64,000 bases of DNA, from positions 8,573 through 72,572 of the forward strand of contig DDYH01000006.1 in NCBI GenBank assembly GCA_002347615.1, read 5' to 3'. The notes under the pieces were generated by a model. That model was not told the DNA's origin. It made no database searches and saw only the letters and a list, made by a program, of their open reading frames with translations. The position numbers and the translations under genes were made by a program. Of this stretch, positions 39,656-48,674 are shown in pieces. This DNA is from Gallionellaceae bacterium UBA2239 (GTDB lineage Bacteria > Pseudomonadota > Gammaproteobacteria > Burkholderiales > UBA9220). Numbering within the stretch: position 1 is the first letter of the stretch; each line of letters begins with the position of its first letter.

Positions 39656-39910
39656 TTACTGGAACAGGCCGGTTTCGTCGTGGCCCAGGATTTCGTCGGC
39701 GCTGCGCCGGTCCCGGTCGGGAAGGGCCTTGCAGCGTTCGGCGATGCGCATCAGGGTGTCGGCGGTGACGGTTGCCGCTTGTTTCTCCCGCAGGTTGTCC
39801 AGGCGCGCTTCGAGGGCATGGACCACCGCCTCCGGGATGCTCTCGCCGGTTTTCCTGGCGAGTTCGTTCGCCAGCGTTTCGGCTTTGGGGTCGGTGATGT
39901 GCAATGCCAT
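39656..39910 (-). CDS. vapB: VapB/FitA-like antitoxin
   Basis: 84 aa. MALHITDPKAETLANELARKTGESIPEAVVHALEARL. Stop codon is 4 nt from the vapC ATG. Confidence 0.8.
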   Translation of the reverse strand: MALHITDPKAETLANELARKTGESIPEAVVHALEARLDNLREKQAATVTADTLMRIAERCKALPDRDRRSADEILGHDETGLFQ

Positions 39911-40001
39911 GGTGTCTTCCTGATTGCGCGGGGGATATGATGGAAAAAGTATATGCGTTAACCTTCACGGCTTCAATTCATTACCCCTTGTGCCAGCCTT
40001 A

Positions 40002-40271
40002 ATGTCCGGACTCATCCTCTACGCCACCGAAGACGGCCAAGCCAGCATCAAGCTTCGGGCGGAGGAGGGCACGGTTTGGCTGTCCCGGCAGGAAATGGCC
40101 GATCTGTTCGCCACCGGAAAGCCCAATATCAACCAGCACGTCAAGCACATCCTGGCCGAAGGCGAGCAGCCCCAGGCAACCATTGAGGAATACTTGACGG
40201 TTCAAAACGAAGGCGGGAGAACGGTATTGTTCAGGATCGGCAGCGAAAAAAATCCCGGAGTGCAGCAATGA
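40002..40271 (+). pseudogene. RhuM-family protein, N-terminal remnant only
   Basis: MSGLILYATEDGQASIKLRAEEGTVWLSRQEMADLFATGKPNINQHVKHILAEGE matches the RhuM N-terminus. Similarity ends after about 75 aa, and the stop overlaps the slyX ATG. Confidence 0.65.
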
Positions 40272-40489
40272 CGAACGAAGACCGCCTGATCGAAATCGAA
40301 ACCAAAATCGCCTTCCAGGAAGACCTGGTCCAGGAGCTCAACAAGATCGTCTACGAGCAGCAGAGGAAGATCGACCGCCTGGAAGCCCTCTGCAATTCCC
40401 TGGTTGACCACATCAAAGACCTGTCGATGGCAGTGGCCGAGGGGAACGTTGCGGGTAGTGCCGCCAGCGAGCGGCCGCCCCATTATTAA
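40268..40489 (+). CDS. slyX: SlyX-family protein
   Basis: 73 aa. RLIEIETKIAFQEDLVQELNKIVYEQQRKIDRLE coiled coil typical of SlyX. Confidence 0.85.
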   Translation: MTNEDRLIEIETKIAFQEDLVQELNKIVYEQQRKIDRLEALCNSLVDHIKDLSMAVAEGNVAGSAASERPPHY

Positions 40490-40572
40490 TTGGCAGAATG
40501 AACAGCCAGAGGTGAGCGTTGAGGTAATTATTTGTTCGTATTAATAAGCCATTACCGTGTATTGTTCATTAT

Positions 40573-40600
40573 TTGACATTGTTCACTGTGGGTGTACGAT
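40573..40600 (+). promoter_or_regulatory. Putative sigma70 promoter of the AbiEi-like operon, flanked by ATTGTTCA / TGAACAA boxes
   Basis: TTGACA (40573-40578), 16 nt, TACGAT (40595-40600). ATTGTTCA at 40561 and 40578. Inverted TGAACAA at 40610 and TGAACA at 40499. Confidence 0.5.
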
Positions 40601-40627
40601 AAACAAAAATGAACAAATGGGATTGAG

Positions 40628-41662
40628 ATGAAAACCGGGGCCAAGCTTCTTGCTGTTCGTGACGAGACGGACGTTCTTGATGCCGCGTTGACCGGGTTGC
40701 GCGCCATGGGTTTGCAGACGGACCTGCTTGCAGGGCAGGGACAAGGTCGGGTGCGCTTGCGCTACGGCAATGAAGTGATTACCCGCGTCGTCGAGGTCAG
40801 GCGCGCGGTTACGCCGGTGAACCTGGGTGTGGTTGCCCACCAGTTGGCGCAGTTGACTGAGCAGCCACTGCTAGTGACGGAATATGTGACGCCGCCCATG
40901 GCGGAGCGGCTGCGGGTGTTGGGGCTCCAGTTCGTAGACGCGGCAGGTAACGCCTATATCCAGGAACTGCCATTGCTGGTGTGGGTTGTGGGACGCAGGC
41001 CGGAGGAGAAGCTTCGTGCCGGGCGAGGAACGCGTGCTTTCCAGACGGGTGGGCTGAAAGTGGTGTTTGCCCTGCTGTGCTGGCCGGAGTTGGCCGACGC
41101 GCCTTACCGAGACATTGCCGGGGCGGCTGGAGTGGCTCTTGGGACGGTGGGGTGGGTGCTGAGGGATATCAAGGAGGCCGGGTTTCTGCTCGACATCGGC
41201 AAGCGGAGGCGGAAGCTGGTGAACCGCCGCCGGCTGTTGGACCAATGGGTGGAGGCGTATACGCGGCAGCTTCGGCCCAGGCTGCCGCTCAGGCGCTTCC
41301 GGGCGAGCGGGAATGACTGGTGGAAAGGCGCCAATGCGACACCTTTGGACGGCGTCTATTGGGGTGGAGAAACCGCAGCGGCCATGTTGACGGCCTATCT
41401 CAAGCCGGCGGTGGCGACGGTCTATTTTCGGGATGCCGAAGCTCTGACCGAATTGCTTACCAAGTTCAGACTGAAAAATGACCCCAAAGGCGACGTGGAA
41501 ATCCGGCCGGCCTTCTGGCACTTCGAGGTGACGGAGCACCCTGGCCTGGTGCCTCCCCTTCTGGTGTACGCCGATTTGCTGGCGACCGGGGACGACCGCA
41601 ATATCGATACCGCCAGGATGATCTATGACGAGCACCTCGCTCGACTTGTCGAGCCGGCCTGA
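40628..41662 (+). CDS. AbiEi-like wHTH regulator (putative type IV TA antitoxin)
   Basis: 344 aa. Central wHTH-like PYRDIAGAAGVALGTVGWVLRDIKEAGFL. Overlaps the downstream nucleotidyltransferase gene by 38 nt. The family call is by resemblance, not by a profile search. Confidence 0.55.
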   Translation: MKTGAKLLAVRDETDVLDAALTGLRAMGLQTDLLAGQGQGRVRLRYGNEVITRVVEVRRAVTPVNLGVVAHQLAQLTEQPLLVTEYVTPPMAERLRVLGLQFVDAAGNAYIQELPLLVWVVGRRPEEKLRAGRGTRAFQTGGLKVVFALLCWPELADAPYRDIAGAAGVALGTVGWVLRDIKEAGFLLDIGKRRRKLVNRRRLLDQWVEAYTRQLRPRLPLRRFRASGNDWWKGANATPLDGVYWGGETAAAMLTAYLKPAVATVYFRDAEALTELLTKFRLKNDPKGDVEIRPAFWHFEVTEHPGLVPPLLVYADLLATGDDRNIDTARMIYDEHLARLVEPA

Positions 41663-42553
41663 TCTCGTGCCAGTGGCGGAACTGGCGGGAGAGGTTACGT
41701 CCGTTGCCACGGCGTTGGACATCCCAGTTTTCATGGTTGGCGCTATGGCACGGGATTTGATCCTCGCTTACGGCTACGGTATCGATACCAGCCGCCGGAC
41801 GGAGGATATGGACTGGGCCATGGCGGTGGAAAGCTGGGAACAGTTCGAGGCGCTTAAGGACCGGTTGCTGGCATCGGGCCGCTTCGCGGCGCGAAAAGAA
41901 GCTCATCGCCTCAAATACCGGGAAATCATGATTGTGGACTTGGTTCCTTTCGGCGTCATCGAAGACCGAAACGGGGTTATCTCCTGGCCGCCGGAGCACG
42001 AAATCAACATGAGCGTTCTGGGTTTTCGCGAGGCATATCATAGGAGTGTGGTTGTGCAACTTCCTGGCGGGGTGTCGGTCCGATTGGCCTGCCTGCCTGC
42101 CTGCCTGCCTGCCTGCCGGCGTTGGCCATGCTCAAGTTGCTGGCTTGGGATGACCGGAAGCGTGAGTTCCCAAAGAAGGATGTTCAGGACTTTACGCTGA
42201 TTGTGCGTCACTACGTAGATGCCGGGAATCAGGATCGTTTGTACGGGCAATTTGTTGCGCTGCTGGAGGAAGAGGGTTTCGACTACGAACTTGTCGGGGC
42301 CTGGATGCTGGGGCGCGACATGGCAGAAATGTTCGGGGAAGCGGCACGGAAGTCCGCTTTCAAAATTCTGGAACGAGAGGCGAATGTGCGGGGTGCTTTG
42401 GCATTTGTCAGCGCCATGCCAATGGATGCGGAAAAAGGATTGGCCCTGTTGGAAAAGGTGCTGAAGGGGTTGAAGGAGGGAGCCGATCCCGAAAGCGCGG
42501 TGATGGAAGCTGCCGCGAGGACATCAAATAGAGAGTTGAGTCTAAAACCATGA
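41625..42553 (+). pseudogene. Pol-beta-fold nucleotidyltransferase (AbiEii-like putative toxin) split by a frameshift in a (GCCT)7 tract
   Basis: N-terminal ORF 41625..42200 has VGAMARD..TEDMDWAM (G-x..DxD NTase motif). The C-terminal part continues in ORF 42122..42553 (LAMLKLLAWDDRKREF..). The frames switch exactly at 42087-42114. Confidence 0.75.
42087..42114. repeat. Tetranucleotide microsatellite (GCCT)7
   Basis: Seven perfect GCCT units counted directly (42087-42114), followed by GCC. Confidence 0.98.
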
Positions 42554-42888
42554 AATTCAGCCAATTGCCCATCGGCCAGCGCTTCGAGCTGGACGGCGCG
42601 GTCTTCGTCAAAACCAGCCCCATGATGGCTGCCAAGGAGGGGGGCGGGGAGTCCCGCTTCATGGCCCGCTACGTGGTGGTGAAGGTACTGGGGGGCGAAC
42701 CCGCGCCCGCCAGGCCGAAGGGGCCGCGGATGGTGGAGGAAGCGGTGGTGGCGGCCGCATTCGATGGGTTCCATTCCCGTTGCCGGGAGGTGCTGGCGCG
42801 GGAGCTGCCCGCCGAGAAGCGGGAGGCGGCCCTGGCCGAACTGGATGAGGGCCGGCGTGGCTTTCTCGATGCCCTTTCCCGGGGTTGA
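42550..42888 (+). CDS. Hypothetical protein (112 aa)
   Basis: The ATG overlaps the NTase stop (ATGA at 42550-42553). High-G+C codon usage. No recognisable motifs. Confidence 0.5.
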   Translation: MKFSQLPIGQRFELDGAVFVKTSPMMAAKEGGGESRFMARYVVVKVLGGEPAPARPKGPRMVEEAVVAAAFDGFHSRCREVLARELPAEKREAALAELDEGRRGFLDALSRG

Positions 42889-44176
42889 GCCGGTGCTCTC
42901 TTCCGCCCAGAAAATCCATCTCCATCGCCTGCGCTGGACCGCTTTCGCGGTGGTGGGGGCGGCCTACATCCTGTCCTTTTTCCACCGCTTCGCCCCGGCG
43001 GCCATCGCCGGCGACCTGCAGGCCGCGTTCCACACCAGCGGGGCGGCCCTGGGCAGCCTGGCGGCGACCTATTTCTACGTTTACGCCCTGATGCAGATTC
43101 CCACCGGGGTGCTGGTGGACACCCTGGGCCCGCGCAAGATCGTGGCGGCGGGCGGGGTGGTGGCGGGGGCGGGGGCCATCCTGTTCGGCCTGGCGCCCGA
43201 TCTGGCGGTGGCTTCCGTCGGGCGGCTGCTGGTGGGGCTGGGGGTGTCGGTGACCTTCATCGCCCTGCTCAAGCTCAACGCCGCCTGGTTCCGGGAGCGC
43301 CATTTCGGCACCCTCACCGGCCTCACCATCCTGATGGGGAACCTGGGGTCGGTGCTGGCGGCGTCGCCCCTGGCATGGGTGCTGGGTTTCGTCTCCTGGC
43401 GCACGGTGTTCGTCATCGTCGGCGTCAAATCCCTGGTATTGGCGGCCCTGGCCTGGTGGCTGGTGAAGGACCATCCGGGCCAGGCGAGGCTGCCCACCAT
43501 GCGGGAACTGGACGGCAAGGCGGCCCATCCGCCCCACGGCCGCCACTGGGTCCACGGCCTGCGGGAAGTGCTGGGCAACCGGCTGACCTGGCCGGGGCTG
43601 TTCGTGAACCTGGGGGTGGCGGGCAGCTTCTTCGCCTTCGGCGGCCTGTGGGCGGTGCCCTTGCTGATGAACGGCTACGGCCTCGACCGGACCGCCGCCA
43701 CCGCCCACACCAGCCTGATGCTGGCGGGGTTCGCCGCCGGGGCGTTTTTCATCGGCACCCTGTCGGACCGGCTGGGACGGCGAAAGCCGGTGCTGCTGGC
43801 CGCCGTGGCGCTGTACGCGCTGTGCTGGCTGCCTTTCGCCTTCGGCGCGCCGATGCCGCCGGGAATCAGCCTCGCCCTGTTCCTGCTCTTGGGGCTGGGA
43901 GCCTCGAGCTTCACCCTCACCTGGGCCTGCGCCAAGGAGGTGAACCCGCACGCCCTGTCGGGCATGGCCACCAGCGTGGTGAACACCGGCGCCTTCCTCG
44001 GCGCGGCGATCCTGCAACCCCTGGTGGGCTGGGTCATCGACCGGTCCTCCACCGGGGCGGCCGTCGCCCTGGCCGACTACCGCACCGGCATGGGGGTGAT
44101 GCTCGCCTTCGCCGCCCTGGGCGCCGTGGCGGCCCTGGCCGTGCGGGAAACCCGCTGCCGCTACCTGGCCGATTGA
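42869..44176 (+). CDS. MFS transporter (start uncertain: ATG 42869 or GTG 42893)
   Basis: About 12 TM segments. MFS loop motif GVLVDTLGPRKIV, second half ..GTLSDRLGRRKPVLL... Confidence 0.85.
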   Translation: MPFPGVEPVLSSAQKIHLHRLRWTAFAVVGAAYILSFFHRFAPAAIAGDLQAAFHTSGAALGSLAATYFYVYALMQIPTGVLVDTLGPRKIVAAGGVVAGAGAILFGLAPDLAVASVGRLLVGLGVSVTFIALLKLNAAWFRERHFGTLTGLTILMGNLGSVLAASPLAWVLGFVSWRTVFVIVGVKSLVLAALAWWLVKDHPGQARLPTMRELDGKAAHPPHGRHWVHGLREVLGNRLTWPGLFVNLGVAGSFFAFGGLWAVPLLMNGYGLDRTAATAHTSLMLAGFAAGAFFIGTLSDRLGRRKPVLLAAVALYALCWLPFAFGAPMPPGISLALFLLLGLGASSFTLTWACAKEVNPHALSGMATSVVNTGAFLGAAILQPLVGWVIDRSSTGAAVALADYRTGMGVMLAFAALGAVAALAVRETRCRYLAD

Positions 44177-44181
44177 AGCCC

Positions 44182-45303
44182 ATGGCATCCTCCATCGTCA
44201 TCGCCCCCGACTCCTTCAAGGGCAGCCTTACCGCCCCGGAGGCGGCCCAGGCCATGGCGGACGGGGTGCGGCGGGTGTTCCCCGAGGCGGACATCCGGCT
44301 GCTGCCCCTGGCGGACGGGGGCGAGGGCACCCTGGACGCGGTGCTGGCGGCCCGGGGCGGGGAGAGGCAAAGCGCCGTGGTGACCGGCGCCCACGGCCAG
44401 CCCCTGGAGGCCGCCTGGGGGCTGCTGCCCGACGGCACGGCGGTGGTGGAGGCGGCCCGGGTGGTGGGGCTGACCCTCCCCGGCGTGGCGCAGGTGCCGG
44501 TGGCCCGGCGCACCACCGCCGGCCTGGGGGAACTGCTGCGCCATTGCCTGGATCGGGGCCTGCGGCGCTTCTGGATCGGGCTGGGGGGCAGCGTCACCAA
44601 CGACGGCGGAGCCGGGCTGCTGGGAGCCCTGGGCGTGCGCTTCATGGATACGTTCGGCCGACCCCTGGAGCCCACCCTGGAAGGGCTGGAATTCCTGCGG
44701 GAGGCGGATTTTTCCGCCCTCGATCCCCGCCTCAGGGAATGCGAAATCCTGCTCCTGTCCGACGTGGACAACGTCCTCTGCGGCCCTCGCGGGGCGACGG
44801 CGGTGTTCGGCCCCCAGAAGGGCGTGGCGCCGGAGGAGGTGGCGGCGTTCGACGGCCGCCTGGCGCGGCTGGCGGAGGAAGGGGATTACCGGGAGGGGCT
44901 ACAGGTCTCGCTCTTTCCCGGCAGCGGGGCGGCTGGGGGGCTGGGTTACGCGCTCCTGTTGCTGGGGGCCGAGCAGGGTTCCGGCGCCGAACAGGTGGCC
45001 GACCTGCTGGGCCTGGACGCCGCCCTGGCGGGCGCCCGGTGGGCGATCACCGGCGAGGGCCGCAGCGACGCCCAGACCCTGTCCGGCAAGGCGCCCCTGG
45101 CGGTGGCGCGGCGGGCGAAGGCCGCCGGGGTGCCGGTGACGCTGCTTTCCGGGGACATCGACCCGGCGGCCCGGGAGGCGCTGGCGGCCTGGTTCGGCGA
45201 CTGCCGTTCCCTGGTGCCCGGGGTGGCGGCGGAGGAGGCCATGGCCCGGGCCGCCGAGCTGCTGGCGGATGCCGCGGAGGAAGCGGCGAGGGAAATGAAG
45301 TAG
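44182..45303 (+). CDS. Glycerate kinase
   Basis: MASSIVIAPDSFKGSLTAPEAAQAM .. LPLADGGEGT .. GGSVTNDGGAG .. is the glycerate kinase family pattern. Confidence 0.9.
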   Translation: MASSIVIAPDSFKGSLTAPEAAQAMADGVRRVFPEADIRLLPLADGGEGTLDAVLAARGGERQSAVVTGAHGQPLEAAWGLLPDGTAVVEAARVVGLTLPGVAQVPVARRTTAGLGELLRHCLDRGLRRFWIGLGGSVTNDGGAGLLGALGVRFMDTFGRPLEPTLEGLEFLREADFSALDPRLRECEILLLSDVDNVLCGPRGATAVFGPQKGVAPEEVAAFDGRLARLAEEGDYREGLQVSLFPGSGAAGGLGYALLLLGAEQGSGAEQVADLLGLDAALAGARWAITGEGRSDAQTLSGKAPLAVARRAKAAGVPVTLLSGDIDPAAREALAAWFGDCRSLVPGVAAEEAMARAAELLADAAEEAAREMK

Positions 45304-45370
45304 CTTGGGCAGAAATGCCCAAGTCCGGGTTTCGGAGCGGGGTGTCGGGCACGTGTGCCCGACCTGCGGC

Positions 45371-45413
45371 TCTACCCCCATCCCAGCCTTCCCCCTTCCA
45401 GGGGGAAGGGGTA
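45371..45413. repeat. Family A palindromic repeat
   Basis: CTACCCCCATCCCAG followed by CCTTCCCCCTTCCAGGGGGAAGG and GGTAG. Confidence 0.7.
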
Positions 45414-45500
45414 GCCGGCCGGCCATGCCATCCGGCGGGGCTGGCGCGGCGGGGGCGGCTGGTATTTAATGGGAGGACGTTCAATTCTTCCCCCGTTCCC

Positions 45501-48500
45501 ATGGCCGTCGCCGATCGCGAACTTCCCTGCGGTTTTTACACCGTGTCCGCCGACGGCACCGTGCTGGAAATCAATGACACCGCCCTTGCCCTTTTCGGCC
45601 GCTCCCGGGAGGCCGTGGCGGGGCGCCTCAACATCGCCGAACTGCTCAAGCCGGAGAGCCGGGAAAGGCTGGCCCGTCAACTGAAGGACGCCCAAGCCAG
45701 GGGGCCGGCGTCCCCGGTGGAAGTGGAATTTCTGCGGGCGGACGGCTCGGTTTTTTCCGCCCTGCAGTCCGCCAGCCCCGACGGGGAGGGGGCGCGTTTC
45801 ACCGTCCTGGACCTGAGCCGCCAGCGCCAGGCGGAGCGGGAACTGCGCCAGGCCAAGGACTATCTCGACAACCTGTTCCGCTCCTCCACCGCGCCCATCC
45901 TGGTGCTCAACAGCCGGGGCGGCGTGGTGCGCCCCAACCGGGGCTTCGAGAAGCTGTCCGGCTACACGCAGCCGGAGCTTTTCGGGCGGCCTTTGCAGGA
46001 CCTGCTGCCGGAAGAGGTCCGGGGCCTGGCCGAATCGCTGCTGCACGAGGCCCAGGAAGGCGCGTCCCTGGAGGGCAGGGAGCTGCCGGTGCGGTGCAGG
46101 TCCGGTGAAATCCGCGCCGTGGTGTGGAATTTTTCCCTCCTCAAGAGCGAGTCGGGCCAGCCGCCCCTGTTCCTCGCCCAGGGGGTGGACATCACCGACC
46201 GCAAACGGGCGGAAGGGGATCTGAAAAAGCTCTATCTGGTCCTCAAGGCGATCAACAAGTGCAACGAGGCGATGATCTACGCCCACGACGAGGAGACGCT
46301 GCTGGAACAGGTATGCCGCATCCTGGTGGAGTCCGGCGGCTACCGCCTGGCCTGGGCGGGTTATGGGGAGAAGGACGAGGCGAAGACGGTGCGTCCGGTG
46401 GCCCAGTTCGGCTACGAGGAAGGCTACCTGGAAAGCCTCCGGCTCACCTGGGCGGACAGCGAGCGGGGCCGGGGCCCCACCGGCATCGCCATCCGCGGCG
46501 GCGAGCCGGTGGTGGCCCAGAACATCCTCACCGACCCCCGTTTCGCCCCCTGGCGGGAGAACGCCCTGAAGCGGGGCTACGCGTCCTCCCTGGCCGTTCC
46601 CCTGCGGGCGGAGAGCGAGGTGCTGGGGGCGATCAACATCTACTCCTCCCAGGTGGACGCCTTCGCCGAGGACGAGGTGATCCTGCTGGGGGAACTGGCC
46701 ACCCACCTGGCCCACGTGGTGACTTTCCTGCGCGCCCGGGAAGAGCGGCGCATGTTGAGCGAAGCCTTGCGCCAGACCGGCGAGGCGGTGGTGGTGGCCG
46801 ACGCGGAGCGGCGGGTGCGTTTCGTCAATGCCGCCTTCACCCGCCTGTTCGGCTATTCGCCGGAGGCGGCGGACTGGCTGGCGTTCAGCCGGACGATGCG
46901 GGTGCCGGAGCAGGCGGAGGCGCTCCAGCCCGAAAGGGTGTTCGAGGCGGTGGTCCGGGACGGCCGCTGGGAAGGGGAGGTGCGCCGCCGCGCCAAGGAC
47001 GGCGGCGGCATCCCGGTGTACCTCACCATGGCCGCGATCCGCGACCCGGAGGGGGAGACCGAAGGCTATGTCCTCTCCTACCTGGACCTGAGGCAGATCG
47101 AGGCGGTGCAGCAAGCCCTGCGGGACAGCGAGGAGAAGTTCCGCCAGATCAGCGGCTCGGCCCAGGACGCGATCCTGATGATGGACGACCAGGGGCGCCT
47201 CACCTACTGGAACGCGGCGGCGGAGCGTATCTTCGGTTTTGCCGCCGACGAGGCGGTGGGGCGGGATCTGCACCAGTTGATCGTGCCCGAGCCTTCCCGC
47301 GCCGCCTTCGAGAAGGGATTCAGGAGCTACCTCAAAACCGGGACCGGTCCCGTCATCGGCCATGCCCTGGAGGTGACGGCCCTGCGCAAGAACGGCACGC
47401 CGTTCCCGGTGGAGCTGTCGATTTCCTCCACCCTGCTGGGGGGGCGGCGCCACGCCATCGGCATCATCCGGGACGTGTCCGGGCGCAAGCGGGCGGAACT
47501 GGAACTCAAGGCGTCGGAAGCGAAATACCGCATCTTTGCGGACAACACCTACGACTGGGAATTCTGGCTCGACCCGGAGGGGCGTTTCGTCTACTCCTCC
47601 CCCTCCTGCGAGAAGATCACCGGCTATACCGCGGCGGAATTCTCCGCCGACCCGGACCTGCTCCAGCGCATCGTCCATCCGGAAGACCGCGCCGCCTTCG
47701 GCGAGCAGCGTTACGGCATGTGCGGGAGCCGGGCCCAGACCGAGGGCGAGTTCCGCATCGTCACCCGGGGCGGGCAGGAGCGCTGGGTGGGCCACGCCTG
47801 CCAGCCGGTGTACGACGAGCAGGGGCGCTTCATCGGCACCCGGGGCAGCAACCGGGACATCACCCAGCGCAAGCAGGCCGAGGAGGCTTTGAAGCAGCTC
47901 AACGCCACCCTGGAGCAGCGGGTCGCCGAGGCCGTGGCCCAGAACCGGGAGAAGGACCACCTGCTGATCCAGCAGTCGCGGCTGGCGGCCATGGGGGAGA
48001 TGGTGCACAACATCGCCCACCAGTGGCGCCAGCCCCTCAATGCCCTGGTGCTGCAACTGGCCAACATCAAGGACGAATACAATTTCGGCGAGCTGACGCC
48101 GGAGCGCCTGGACGAGGACATCGAGAACGCGGTGCGCCTGATCCGGCGGATGTCCTCCACCATCGACGATTTCCGCGACTTTTTCCGCCCCAGCCGGGAG
48201 GCGGTTCCCTTCGGCCTGCAACCGGCGGTGGAGGATGCGATCCGCCTGATCGAGGCCAGCCTGCGCCACGACGGCATCGTCCTTCAATCCCAGTGGGACG
48301 GGGAGGCCACGGCCCTGGGCCATCCCAACGAGTTTTCCCAGGTAATCATCAATCTCCTGTCCAACGCCAAGGATGCCATCCTGGGCGCCGGCCGGACCGA
48401 CGGCACCATCACCCTCCGCGTCCGGCGGGAGGGGAAATGGGGTGTCGTGACGGTGGCGGACAACGGCGGCGGCATCCCGCCGGAGGTGATGCCGAAGATT

Positions 48501-48674
48501 TTCGACCCCTATTTCACCACCAAGGACAAGGGCACCGGCATCGGGCTCTACATGTCGAAAAAGATCGTCGAGAACATGGGGGGGGAAATCGCCGCCGCCA
48601 ATGTTTCCGGGGGCGGGGCGGAGTTCGCGGTGCGGCTGCCTCTGGCGCCGGGCGGCGGAGAGGTTTCGCTGTAG
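45501..48674 (+). CDS. Multi-sensor hybrid-type histidine kinase (several PAS, one GAF, HisKA-like, HATPase_c)
   Basis: Start at MAVADRELPCGFYTVSADG. Repeated PAS blocks. GAF (..SLAVPLRAESEVLGAINIYS..). H-box MGEMVHNIAHQWRQPLN. N/G boxes NLLSNAKDA, DNGGGIP, GTGIGLYMSKKIV. Confidence 0.9.
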   Translation: MAVADRELPCGFYTVSADGTVLEINDTALALFGRSREAVAGRLNIAELLKPESRERLARQLKDAQARGPASPVEVEFLRADGSVFSALQSASPDGEGARFTVLDLSRQRQAERELRQAKDYLDNLFRSSTAPILVLNSRGGVVRPNRGFEKLSGYTQPELFGRPLQDLLPEEVRGLAESLLHEAQEGASLEGRELPVRCRSGEIRAVVWNFSLLKSESGQPPLFLAQGVDITDRKRAEGDLKKLYLVLKAINKCNEAMIYAHDEETLLEQVCRILVESGGYRLAWAGYGEKDEAKTVRPVAQFGYEEGYLESLRLTWADSERGRGPTGIAIRGGEPVVAQNILTDPRFAPWRENALKRGYASSLAVPLRAESEVLGAINIYSSQVDAFAEDEVILLGELATHLAHVVTFLRAREERRMLSEALRQTGEAVVVADAERRVRFVNAAFTRLFGYSPEAADWLAFSRTMRVPEQAEALQPERVFEAVVRDGRWEGEVRRRAKDGGGIPVYLTMAAIRDPEGETEGYVLSYLDLRQIEAVQQALRDSEEKFRQISGSAQDAILMMDDQGRLTYWNAAAERIFGFAADEAVGRDLHQLIVPEPSRAAFEKGFRSYLKTGTGPVIGHALEVTALRKNGTPFPVELSISSTLLGGRRHAIGIIRDVSGRKRAELELKASEAKYRIFADNTYDWEFWLDPEGRFVYSSPSCEKITGYTAAEFSADPDLLQRIVHPEDRAAFGEQRYGMCGSRAQTEGEFRIVTRGGQERWVGHACQPVYDEQGRFIGTRGSNRDITQRKQAEEALKQLNATLEQRVAEAVAQNREKDHLLIQQSRLAAMGEMVHNIAHQWRQPLNALVLQLANIKDEYNFGELTPERLDEDIENAVRLIRRMSSTIDDFRDFFRPSREAVPFGLQPAVEDAIRLIEASLRHDGIVLQSQWDGEATALGHPNEFSQVIINLLSNAKDAILGAGRTDGTITLRVRREGKWGVVTVADNGGGIPPEVMPKIFDPYFTTKDKGTGIGLYMSKKIVENMGGEIAAANVSGGGAEFAVRLPLAPGGGEVSL

